Sequence record: NZ_CP119397.1
Origin: a plasmid
Reading direction: 5' to 3' (one strand)
Length of the DNA stretch: 64,000 nt
The notes below the pieces were generated by a model that was not told where the DNA came from, ran no database searches, and saw only the letters and a list, made by a program, of their open reading frames with translations. Numbering within the stretch: the first letter of the stretch is position 1; each line of letters starts with the position of its first letter. A program made the translations under genes and the position numbers. This document shows, one piece after another, positions 51,155-60,466 of this stretch.

Positions 51155-51739
51155 CTAGAGCTTCGCATGAATTGCAAGGTAGTGAAGCAACATGATGGTT
51201 TTGGCATCCATAATGTCGCCGGTGTCGATCGCCTTCAGGGCGCGTTCAAACGGCCACTCCAGCACCTCGATGTCTTCGCCCTCCTCTATCACGCCGCCGC
51301 CCTCCCCGCGGCGATGGCGCGCCGTGTATTCGCCGATGAAAAAGTAGAGCTTTTCCGTCACGGAGCCGGGGCTCATATAGGCCTCGAACACTTTCTCGAC
51401 CTTTGTGATTTGAAAACCGGTCTCCTCTTCCGCCTCCGCCATCACCCGCGCTTCCGGTGAGGCGTTATCCAGCAGCCCAGCCGCCGCCTCAATCAAAAAA
51501 CCGGAATGGCCGTTGATATACACCGGAAAACGGAACTGCCGGGTCAGCACCACCGTGCGTTGGGCCTTGTTGTATAACAGGATCACCGCGCCGTTGCCGC
51601 GGTCATACGCTTCCCGGCTCTGCGTCTGCCAGGTGCCGTCGCGGCGCAAAAAGTCGAATGTGTAGGTTTTCAGGGTGTACCAGTTGTCAGATAACAGGGT
51701 TTCCCGGATGTGACGAACGCGCTGACAATCTTTTTCCAT
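51155..51739 (-). CDS. nudK: NUDIX hydrolase NudK-like (GDP-mannose pyrophosphatase family). Start at the internal ATG ([16 protein letters not shown]...).
   Basis: Collinear with E. coli NudK ([27 protein letters not shown], Nudix box [25 protein letters not shown]). Confidence 0.8.
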   Translation of the reverse strand: MEKDCQRVRHIRETLLSDNWYTLKTYTFDFLRRDGTWQTQSREAYDRGNGAVILLYNKAQRTVVLTRQFRFPVYINGHSGFLIEAAAGLLDNASPEARVMAEAEEETGFQITKVEKVFEAYMSPGSVTEKLYFFIGEYTARHRRGEGGGVIEEGEDIEVLEWPFERALKAIDTGDIMDAKTIMLLHYLAIHAKL

Positions 51740-51819
51740 AGTGCAGGCCTCATAAGGGGTGACAAAAAACACGCTATCATGCACAATCGTGCAATATCAA
51801 GAAAATTCGTGAAGGATAA

Positions 51820-52581
51820 ATGATGCTCGCCAGCCAACGGAAACAACAGATTTTGCAGATTCTCGCCGAAGAAAAACAGGTGCTCTCCTCAGAACTTAGC
51901 CAGCGATTTGGGTTGTCTGAGGACTCTATCCGCCGTGATCTCAGGGAATTGGCAGCCGAAGGGCTGGTGCAGCGGGTGCACGGCGGCGCGCTGCCGGTGT
52001 CTGCCGCCCTGGCACCGTTCGATGTAAGAAAAAGCGTGCAGATAAACTCAAAACGTGCAGTGGCGAAAAGGGCCGCCAGCCTGATTCAGCCGGGCCAGGT
52101 GGTGCTGATGGATGGCGGCACCACCACGGAAGAGATGATCACTTTCCTGCCGCCGGATCTCGCCATTACGGTGGTCACCCACAGCCCAAGTATTGCCGTC
52201 GGGCTGGTCAGCCACCCGTCAGTTGAGGTGATCCTTATCGGCGGAACGCTGTTTAAACATTCGGTGGTGACGATGGGGGCATCTGTGCTGGAGGCTACCC
52301 GCCGGATAAATGCCGATCTGTTCTTTATGGGTGTCACTGGCGTGCACAAAACGGCCGGGTTCACCACCGGGAACTACGAGGAGGCGGGCATCAAACGGGC
52401 GCTTTCCGGGCGGGCCGCCGAAACGGTGGTGATGGCCTCACAGGAAAAAATCAATTCCGCCTCCCCGTTCGCCATCGGGGATCTCGCGTTGGCCGCTACG
52501 TTAGTGGTGGATACTGAGCTGGAACCAGAGATGGAGGCCGCCCTGGCCCGGCAACAGGTAGCGGTAATCCACGCCGATTAA
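51820..52581 (+). CDS. DeoR-family transcriptional regulator (HTH plus sugar-phosphate-binding DeoR C-domain).
   Basis: N-terminal HTH (RKQQILQILAEEKQVLSSELSQRFGLSEDSIRRDLRELAAEGLVQRVHGGA). Confidence 0.85.
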   Translation: MMLASQRKQQILQILAEEKQVLSSELSQRFGLSEDSIRRDLRELAAEGLVQRVHGGALPVSAALAPFDVRKSVQINSKRAVAKRAASLIQPGQVVLMDGGTTTEEMITFLPPDLAITVVTHSPSIAVGLVSHPSVEVILIGGTLFKHSVVTMGASVLEATRRINADLFFMGVTGVHKTAGFTTGNYEEAGIKRALSGRAAETVVMASQEKINSASPFAIGDLALAATLVVDTELEPEMEAALARQQVAVIHAD

Positions 52582-52693
52582 TGAAATTTTCTCATGACAC
52601 CATTCTTCTTCCGGCACTTACGCTTTGCCGGTGTTTTTCCTATGCTTTTGTTCAGCTAAACACTCTGCTTATTCTGCTGACAGGAGATTCATC

Positions 52694-53095
52694 ATGACGA
52701 AAATTTATCAGGCGGGTTCCCAGGCTTCGTATGCCGGGCCGGAAGAGTGGTTTACCGGCACCGTGCGGGTTGACCCGCTGTTTGCCGCTGAGGAACCGGC
52801 GCGCACCAGCGGCGGCAGCGTCACCTTTGAACCCGGCGCGCGTACCGCCTGGCACACCCACCCGCTGGGCCAGACGCTGATTGTCACCGCCGGGTTTGGC
52901 TATGTGCAGACCTGGGGCGAACCGGCCCGCGAAATCCGCCCTGGGGATGTGGTCTGCATCCCGCCGCATGAGAAGCACTGGCACGGTGCCTCGGCCACCA
53001 CGGCCCTGACCCACATCGCGCTACAGGAAGCGCAGGACGGCAAGGCAGTGGAGTGGCTGGAAAAAGTCACCGATGAACAATACGGTGGTCAATAA
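52694..53095 (+). CDS. Cytoplasmic cupin-domain protein, 133 aa.
   Basis: Cupin motifs G(X)5HXH...G and P..H.H ([48 protein letters not shown]). Confidence 0.75.
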   Translation: MTKIYQAGSQASYAGPEEWFTGTVRVDPLFAAEEPARTSGGSVTFEPGARTAWHTHPLGQTLIVTAGFGYVQTWGEPAREIRPGDVVCIPPHEKHWHGASATTALTHIALQEAQDGKAVEWLEKVTDEQYGGQ

Positions 53096-53136
53096 GCCCT
53101 TTTTCCCGGTAACCCTTATCACCCAGGAGGACGCGA

Positions 53137-54030
53137 TTGGCGCGGGAAAACCTTAACGATCTGACGGCCTTTGTCACCCTCGCCCGTGAGAAGAGTTTTA
53201 CCCGGGCCGCCGCGCAACTGGGGGTCTCGCAGTCGGCGTTAAGCCACAGCCTGCGTACCCTGGAAACGCGGTTGGGCATCCGGTTGCTGACCCGCACCAC
53301 CCGCAGCGTGTCGCTGACGGATGCCGGTGAACATCTGCTGAACGATCTGGGGCCGTACATTGACGGCATCCAAGACACCTTGCAGTCGCTTAAGGATCTC
53401 AACGGCACGCCGTCCGGCACCATCCGCATCTCCACTTCTGATTACGCCATCAATACCGTGATCTGGCCGAAAGTGCGGGGGTTATTGCGCGACTACCCGG
53501 AGATCCATCTGGAGCTGATTGATGACTATGCGCTGACCGATATTGTCTCCAACCGGTTTGATGCCGGTACGCGGCTGGGCGAGCAAATTACCAACGGCAT
53601 GGTGTCGGTGAAAATCGGGCCGGATGTCCGCTTTGCGGTGGTCGGCGCGCCCGGCTATTTCACGCAGCACCCGGTGCCTGAACACCCTAACGATCTACTG
53701 CAACATACCTGCATTAATCTGCGCTTTCCTACCCACGGCAATCTGTATGTCTGGGAGTTTGAAAAAGACGGCAAAAGCGTCAATGTGAAAGTGGAAGGCC
53801 AACTGGTGTTCAGCCGGATTTACCAGAACCTGTCTGCCGCGCTGGAGGGGTTCGGGCTGGCGCATGTGCCGCGTGACATCGCCGAACCCTACATTGCCCG
53901 CGGGGAACTGGTCAGCGTGCTGGAGGACTGGTGCCCCTATTGGGACGGCTATTACCTCTATTACCCGAGCCGCCGCCAGCCCTCAAAAGCCTTCAGCCTG
54001 CTGCTGAATGCGTTGCGCTTCTACCAGTAA
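53137..54030 (+). CDS. LysR-family transcriptional regulator.
   Basis: HTH (LTAFVTLAREKSFTRAAAQLGVSQSALSHSLRTLE). Confidence 0.85.
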   Translation: MARENLNDLTAFVTLAREKSFTRAAAQLGVSQSALSHSLRTLETRLGIRLLTRTTRSVSLTDAGEHLLNDLGPYIDGIQDTLQSLKDLNGTPSGTIRISTSDYAINTVIWPKVRGLLRDYPEIHLELIDDYALTDIVSNRFDAGTRLGEQITNGMVSVKIGPDVRFAVVGAPGYFTQHPVPEHPNDLLQHTCINLRFPTHGNLYVWEFEKDGKSVNVKVEGQLVFSRIYQNLSAALEGFGLAHVPRDIAEPYIARGELVSVLEDWCPYWDGYYLYYPSRRQPSKAFSLLLNALRFYQ

Positions 54031-54084
54031 CGCCTTGTACATTAACCGGCATCGCGCCGGTTAACGGCCTCAGCACACGCTGGG

Positions 54085-54573
54085 TTACTGGGTGTACTGT
54101 GCGTCACTCACCTTTTCCAGCCAGGCCACGGCCTCTCCTTCCGGCGTTGCCTCCTGGATCGCCAGATGCACCATGCCTGTTTTGTCTGTCGCGCCGTGCC
54201 AGTGTTTCACGCCCGGCGGGCAGTGCACCACATCCCCCGCGCGAAGGGTCTTTTTCTCACCGCCCCATGCCTGCACCCAGCCGGTGCCGGAAGTGACGAC
54301 CAGCGTTTGCCCGAGCGGGTGGGTATGCCACGCCGAACGCGCGCCCGGCTCAAAGGTGACATACGCGCCGGTGGCGCGCTGCGGCGGCACCGGCGAAGTG
54401 AACAGCGGATCAACCCAGACCCGGCCGGTAAAATTCGCCGCTGGCCCTGGGACAGAGGCGCGGTCTTCACTTTTTGTCAGGCGCATCTGGGTCGCTTCGG
54501 TCTCCACGGCCTGGGCAGGCAGGGCAAAGGCCAGCATCAGGGGCACGGCGGCAGGGGTAAAACGCATCATCAA
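54085..54573 (-). CDS. Secreted (signal-peptide) cupin-domain protein, a paralogue of the cupin at 52694-53095.
   Basis: Signal peptide [22 protein letters not shown]. The cupin core is nearly identical to the cytoplasmic copy ([48 protein letters not shown]). Confidence 0.75.
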   Translation of the reverse strand: MMMRFTPAAVPLMLAFALPAQAVETEATQMRLTKSEDRASVPGPAANFTGRVWVDPLFTSPVPPQRATGAYVTFEPGARSAWHTHPLGQTLVVTSGTGWVQAWGGEKKTLRAGDVVHCPPGVKHWHGATDKTGMVHLAIQEATPEGEAVAWLEKVSDAQYTQ

Positions 54574-54865
54574 GGCATCTCCTGTTTCAGCATGGAAAAG
54601 GTGGGCAGTCGGGTGCTGAACGTGGGAACGTTCTGCGCAGCCTTACAGGGAGGGTATCGGGCAGCGACGGGCCAGAGAAGGGGCGGATCGTGATAACTGT
54701 TATGAATAAAACCGATAACACGCCCCGATTCATGCGCTTACTTCATAACTGCCAGCAAATTATCGCTATATTCTGCTGAGTCACCCCTGACTACACTATG
54801 CCTCTTATATCCATTATGTTGGCCGGCGCGGCTTGCCTGCGTCCGGCGATGTTTATTCCAGGAGA

Positions 54866-56065
54866 ATGATGACGATGTCAGTCACAACTGAGGCGACGCG
54901 CCCGCGCCAGATGTGGAGCGCCGTCGGGGCGATGACGCTCTGTGTTGCCATGCTTATTGCCTCTGAATTTATGCCGGTGAGCCTGCTGACGCCGATTGCC
55001 CGGGATCTCCATGCCACACAGGGCATGGCCGGGCAGGCGATTTCGGTATCCGGGTTGTTTGCCGTGCTGACCAGTCTGCTGATCGCGCCGCTTGCCGGGC
55101 GGTTTGATCGCCGCCACATCCTGATGCTGATGACCTTACTGATGATGGCCTCGCTGGTGCTGATCGCCCTGGCCCCCAGTTTTGGGGTGCTGATGGCGGC
55201 ACGCGCCTTTCTCGGGATGGCGGTAGGCGGTTTCTGGGCGCTCTCGACCGCCACGGTGTTGCAACTGGTGCCTGAACCGCTGGTGCCGAAAGCACTGGGC
55301 ATGATCTATATGGGCAATGCGGTGGCGACGGCATTCGCCGCCCCGGCCGGGGCCTATCTGGGGGCGGTGATCGGCTGGCGCGCAGTATTCTGGGGGCTGG
55401 TGCCGATGGTGGTGGCGAACCTTCTGTGGCAGTGGGTCAGCCTGCCGGCGATGCCGCCGCGCGCCGGCATTCCGCTGTCACGGGTATTCAGCCTGCTGAA
55501 ACGCCGCCATGTCGGGTTTGGGATGCTGGCGATTATGCTGACCTTCGCCGGGGCGTTTGCCTCGTTCACTTACCTGCGGCCTTTCCTGGAAACAGAAACC
55601 GGTGCCGCGCCGGAACAGCTCTCCCTGCTGCTGCTGGGGCTGGGCGCTGCCGGATTCGCCGGCACCTATATTGCCGGGCAGTTACTGGCGCGGGATCACC
55701 TGTTGCAACTGCTGCGCGGTTTGCCGGTGCTGCTGGCGCTGGCCACCGCGGGCCTGTTGCTGATGGGGCATTTTGTGCCGGGCGTGGCGGTGATGATGAT
55801 CCTCTGGGGCGGCATTAATGCCGCGATCCCGGTCTGCTGGTCTACCTGGCTGTCCCGCGCCCTGCGTGACGAACCGGAAAGCGGCGGCGGGCTGATGGTC
55901 GCCTGTATCCAGCTTGCCATTATGCTGGGCGGTGCGCTGGGCGGCCTGCTGCTCGACCATTTCTCCATCACCGCCACTTTTACCGGCGGGATGCTGCTGC
56001 TGGTGTTATCGGCGGTGATCGTCGGCCGCGGCGGGCGGATTTGGTGGACGGCGTCTCGGGGCTAA
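54866..56065 (+). CDS. MFS transporter, sugar-efflux / arabinose-efflux-permease type (SotB/YdeA-like). Start at the internal ATG after a GGAGA SD.
   Basis: 12 TM segments, MFS motif A-like loop (PLAGRFDRRH). Confidence 0.85.
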   Translation: MMTMSVTTEATRPRQMWSAVGAMTLCVAMLIASEFMPVSLLTPIARDLHATQGMAGQAISVSGLFAVLTSLLIAPLAGRFDRRHILMLMTLLMMASLVLIALAPSFGVLMAARAFLGMAVGGFWALSTATVLQLVPEPLVPKALGMIYMGNAVATAFAAPAGAYLGAVIGWRAVFWGLVPMVVANLLWQWVSLPAMPPRAGIPLSRVFSLLKRRHVGFGMLAIMLTFAGAFASFTYLRPFLETETGAAPEQLSLLLLGLGAAGFAGTYIAGQLLARDHLLQLLRGLPVLLALATAGLLLMGHFVPGVAVMMILWGGINAAIPVCWSTWLSRALRDEPESGGGLMVACIQLAIMLGGALGGLLLDHFSITATFTGGMLLLVLSAVIVGRGGRIWWTASRG

Positions 56066-56137
56066 GGCGCTGGACGATGGCACCCAATAAAAAAGCCGAT
56101 GCCCTGGGGCATCGGCTTTTTTCTGCCAACCGGAAAA

Positions 56138-57610
56138 TTACGCGGCCGGTAACTGTTGTGCGGTGGTTTCCACCAGCGCCAGCAGCGTTTTGATGTCGTC
56201 CAGCGTAACGGTCGGGTTGAGCAACGTCATTTTCAGGCAGGTGACGCCGTCAAATTCCGTGACGCCCACGTTGGCACGCCCGGAGTCCAGCAGGGCATCA
56301 CCGATGCGCTGGTTGAGCAGCGCGATGGCGGCATTGTCCGCACCGGCAAGCGACGCCGGACGGTAGCGGAACAGCACGCTGGCCAATTGCGGCTGCATCA
56401 CCAGCTCCAGGGCCGGTTGCTCAGCCACATAGGCCGCAACCTGCTGCGCCAGCGTCACACCGTGATCGATGATCTCAGCGTATTGCTTCTGGCCCAGCGC
56501 TTCCAGGCCCATCCACAGTTTCAGTGCATCGAAACGGCGGGTGGTCTGCAACGACTTGGAGACCAGGTTCGGCACGCCCTGCGCTTCATCGAACTCAGAG
56601 TTCAGGTACGCCGCCTGATAGCGCATCAGCTCATAGTGGCGTGCTTCCTTCAGCAGGAAGGCGCCGCAACTGATGGTCTGGAAGAACTGCTTGTGGAAGT
56701 CCAGGGTGATGGAGTCCACCAGCTCAATGCCGTCCAGGTAGTCGCGGTACTTCTCAGAGAGCAGCAGCGCGCCGCCCCAGGCCGCATCGACGTGCAGCCA
56801 GATGTCGTGCTCGGCCGCCACCGCCGCGATGTCACGCAGCGGGTCAATCGCACCGGCATCGGTGGTGCCGGCGGTCGCGACGATCGCCAGGATCTGCTCG
56901 CCGTTGGCCTGCGCCTGCGCCACTTTCTCTTTCAGATCATTGAGATCCATACGCGCAAAGCGGTCAGTTTTCACCAGCGTGACGGACTGGTAACCCAGGC
57001 CCAGCAGCGCCATGTTTTTCTGCACCGAGAAGTGGGCGTTTTCAGAACAGAAGACTTTGATCTTTCTGAGGTTGCCTACCAGCCCATCCTGCTGGATGGA
57101 GTGGCCCTGGCGGGCGAAGAAGGCGTCACGCGCCAGCATCAGGCCCATCAGGTTGCTCTGGGTGCCGCCGCTGGTGAACACCCCGGCATCGCCGGGCTGG
57201 TAACCGACCTGGGTACGCAGCCACTCGATCAGCTTCATCTCAATGATGGTGGCTGACGGGCTCTGGTCCCAGGAGTCCATGCTCTGGTTGGTGGCGTTGA
57301 TCAGCACTTCAGCCGCCTGGCTGACAACCAGGCTCGGGCAGTGCAGGTGTGCCACGCACTGCGGGTGGTGTACCGACAGGCTGTCTTTCAGGAAATACTC
57401 AATCGCGCGTTCAATCGCGGCCTGGTTGCCCAGGCCCTGCGGGTTGAAATCCAGCGTGATGCGCTCACGCAGTTCCGCCACGCTTTTCCCCTGATACATC
57501 TCAGGCTGTTGCAGCCACTGCACGACGGCCGCGCTGCTCTGGGCGATGGCCTGCTGGTACGCCTCAGTGCTTTGCGCAGAGGCGGCCAGAATCGGGTTTT
57601 GCCGGGTCAT
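56138..57610 (-). CDS. ddc: L-2,4-diaminobutyrate decarboxylase (PLP-dependent, group II decarboxylase).
   Basis: Group II decarboxylase pattern with the PLP-Lys region (SITLDFHKQFF). It is immediately downstream of dat. Confidence 0.9.
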   Translation of the reverse strand: MTRQNPILAASAQSTEAYQQAIAQSSAAVVQWLQQPEMYQGKSVAELRERITLDFNPQGLGNQAAIERAIEYFLKDSLSVHHPQCVAHLHCPSLVVSQAAEVLINATNQSMDSWDQSPSATIIEMKLIEWLRTQVGYQPGDAGVFTSGGTQSNLMGLMLARDAFFARQGHSIQQDGLVGNLRKIKVFCSENAHFSVQKNMALLGLGYQSVTLVKTDRFARMDLNDLKEKVAQAQANGEQILAIVATAGTTDAGAIDPLRDIAAVAAEHDIWLHVDAAWGGALLLSEKYRDYLDGIELVDSITLDFHKQFFQTISCGAFLLKEARHYELMRYQAAYLNSEFDEAQGVPNLVSKSLQTTRRFDALKLWMGLEALGQKQYAEIIDHGVTLAQQVAAYVAEQPALELVMQPQLASVLFRYRPASLAGADNAAIALLNQRIGDALLDSGRANVGVTEFDGVTCLKMTLLNPTVTLDDIKTLLALVETTAQQLPAA

Positions 57611-57624
57611 TCTTTCTCTTCCAC

Positions 57625-59010
57625 TCAAACCGGTTTAACACCGGCAGCCAACAGGGCGTGTTCAAATTTATCCAGGAAAATCTCCAACTCGTCGTTGGTG
57701 ATAAGCAGGGAAGGCAGCAGACGCAGTACGCTGCCGTGACGCCCGCCACGCTCCAGGATCAGCCCCGCTTCGAAGCATTTTTTCTGCAACAGGGCAGACA
57801 GCTCGCCGTCAGCCGGGTAGCAACCCATGTGATCCTGCGCTTCGCCCGGCTTCACAATTTCGATGCCGATCATCAGGCCCAGGCCGCGTACGTGGCCAAT
57901 CACCGGGTAACGTTTTTGCAGGTCAGCCAGTTTGCCTTTCAGCCACTCACCCTGGGCGGCGACTTTGTCAGCCACCTGGTTGTCTTTCAGGTACTTCAGG
58001 GTGGTCAGGCCGGTGGCCATCGCCAGCTGGTTGCCGCGGAAGGTGCCGGTGTGGTGGCCCGGTGCCCAGGCGTCGAACTGTTTCTTGATGCCCAGCACGG
58101 CCAGCGGCAGGCCGCCGCCGACCGCTTTGGACATCACGATGATGTCCGGCTCAATGCCTGCGTGCTCGAAGGCAAACAGTTTGCCGGTACGCGCAAAGCC
58201 AGCCTGCACTTCGTCGATGATCAGCAGGATGCCGTGCTCCTGGGTCACTTTACGGATGCGTTGCAGCCACTCGACCGGGGCCGGGTTCACGCCGCCTTCG
58301 CCCTGCACGGCTTCCAGGATCACGGCTGCCGGTTTGCGCACGCCGCTCTCGACATCGTTGATCAGGTTTTCGAAGTAGTAGGTCAGCGCTTTCACACCGG
58401 CTTCACCGCCGATGCCCAGCGGGCAGCGGTACTGGTGCGGGTAAGGCATGAACTGGACTTCCGGCATCATGCCGTTGACGGCCTCTTTCGGAGACAGGTT
58501 ACCGGTCACCGCCAGGGCGCCGTGGGTCATGCCGTGGTAGCCGCCGGAGAAGCTGATCACGCCGCTGCGGCCGGTGTGTTTCTTGGCCAGTTTCAGGGCG
58601 GCTTCTACCGCGTCCGCGCCGGACGGGCCGCAGAATTGCAGGCAGTACTCGCTGCCCGCGCCCGGCAATAAGGAGAGCAGGTATTCGGAGAACTGATCTT
58701 TCAGCGGAGTAGTCAGATCCAGTGTATGTAACGGCAAGCCGCTGGTAATGACATTTTGGATGCTTTGCAGTACATCAGGGTGATTATGGCCGAGCGCCAG
58801 CGTGCCTGCGCCTGCGAGGCAATCAAGATATTGATTGTTTTCAACATCGGTGATCCAGACGCCCTGGGCTTTTGCGATCGCCAACGGCAATTTACGTGGA
58901 TAACTCCTGACATTCGATTCGAATTCAGCCTGACGCGCCAAATAAGTTTCATTGTTACTGTTTAATGAATTAGCACCTAAAGTATCAATACGGACTTTAT
59001 CCGTCATCAT
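57625..59010 (-). CDS. dat: Diaminobutyrate--2-oxoglutarate transaminase (class III aminotransferase).
   Basis: Class III aminotransferase PLP motifs ([34 protein letters not shown]). 461 aa. Confidence 0.9.
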   Translation of the reverse strand: MMTDKVRIDTLGANSLNSNNETYLARQAEFESNVRSYPRKLPLAIAKAQGVWITDVENNQYLDCLAGAGTLALGHNHPDVLQSIQNVITSGLPLHTLDLTTPLKDQFSEYLLSLLPGAGSEYCLQFCGPSGADAVEAALKLAKKHTGRSGVISFSGGYHGMTHGALAVTGNLSPKEAVNGMMPEVQFMPYPHQYRCPLGIGGEAGVKALTYYFENLINDVESGVRKPAAVILEAVQGEGGVNPAPVEWLQRIRKVTQEHGILLIIDEVQAGFARTGKLFAFEHAGIEPDIIVMSKAVGGGLPLAVLGIKKQFDAWAPGHHTGTFRGNQLAMATGLTTLKYLKDNQVADKVAAQGEWLKGKLADLQKRYPVIGHVRGLGLMIGIEIVKPGEAQDHMGCYPADGELSALLQKKCFEAGLILERGGRHGSVLRLLPSLLITNDELEIFLDKFEHALLAAGVKPV

Positions 59011-59469
59011 ATCACTCCTACAACCAGGGTTATTGTTAACGCCCAGGTTGAATAATTGAATTAAAAAAGTCGTTACCGTGGGTAAAGCGCGGCCAATATA
59101 GGGTTTTTTACCCCGGTACTCAATACTTAATTTTGTTTAGATTTGTTTACATTTTTTAGCCTAATAATCAACAGGTTGGTGGATTAATCATCACCTCAGT
59201 TGTTATCATTATGTTACATGTTTTTTTATAGCCAATAAAACGCCGCATTTTATTGTCTGCGGGGCATGAAAGGGCGCGGCAACCTGCCGGACGCATTGCC
59301 GGTAAAAACGCAATAAAATCCAATTTATTATTGCCGTTGAACAACGGCTTAATTAAACACCCCGGTTTCCGGCAAGGAAAAGCCCAGGTCTGTTGCCCCT
59401 GTTAGCGGCTGGCTGCGGGTACGTGGGAGGCGTGCAGGGGCCGCCTGTTTTTTGCGGCCCCCGGTGGGT

Positions 59470-60123
59470 TTAGCGGCTTGCGGCCTGCTGCCGGTTTACG
59501 GCAATCTGCTCCGCGTCGTGCAACAGCGCCTGCAAATCCTCTTCATCAATATCCAGAAATTGCCCCGCAAGCAGCGCTTCATGCAGATCCTCCCGGGTTA
59601 TCGGCACCGCAAAAGAGATCGGGGCGGGTTTGCTTTCAGCAGCAGATAAAGGATGGGGATAACGCCGCCCGGCCAGATTGTTGAACACAATCGCCAGCAC
59701 CGCGAGGCACAGCGAGTTAACCAGAATCGGGCTGAAAACGTAGTAAAAGCCCTCCTGGTGGATCCCTGCCCCGCCCACAATGGCCGTCAGCGCCACTGCC
59801 CCACCGGGCGGATGCAGGCAACGCAGCACATACATCAGGGCAATCGCCAGCCCCACCGCCACCCCACAGGCGATAGCCGGCTGGGGAATGCACATGCCGA
59901 CGGTGACCCCAATCAGCGCGGAAAAGACGTTGCCGCCGATAATCGACCAGGGTTGTGCCAGCGGGCTGTTGGGCACGCCAAACAGCAACACCGCCGAGGC
60001 CCCCATCGGTGCCACAAACCAGGGATTGACGTCGCCCAGTAACCAGCGGCTGAACAGGCTGGTCAACACCAGGCCAATGGCCGCCCCCAGGCTCGCCAGG
60101 ATAATCTGTTTTTTGGCAACCAC
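59470..60123 (-). CDS. HPP-family membrane protein (PF04982).
   Basis: N-terminal membrane domain containing the HPPGG motif (LRCLHPPGGAVAL). Confidence 0.75.
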   Translation of the reverse strand: MVAKKQIILASLGAAIGLVLTSLFSRWLLGDVNPWFVAPMGASAVLLFGVPNSPLAQPWSIIGGNVFSALIGVTVGMCIPQPAIACGVAVGLAIALMYVLRCLHPPGGAVALTAIVGGAGIHQEGFYYVFSPILVNSLCLAVLAIVFNNLAGRRYPHPLSAAESKPAPISFAVPITREDLHEALLAGQFLDIDEEDLQALLHDAEQIAVNRQQAASR

Positions 60124-60466
60124 TAACGGCTGGGGCCAGAGGCGGCGCAGCCCCTTTTACGCGGGCCGGCCACGTATGTTGACGATGTTCATCCATTTTG
60201 CAGGTCACTCATTATTAGTCAGTTCTTTTTATGTGGCCGCGATTCTCCCTATTCAGTGCCCCGCTATCAACTTTTTATCCCGCCTGCCCAACACGCCACC
60301 CCACACCACCGGAACCGCACAAAAAAACGCGATTTAACGTCCTGTTAAATAAATAAAAACATCAGTAGACCCAACTGGTAACAGCTTGTAGTATAAATTG
60401 CCGCGCGCAACCGGAAGGCTTCTGGCAGGATACGCGCCACTCAGCGTGCATTGGTACGATCCTTCC

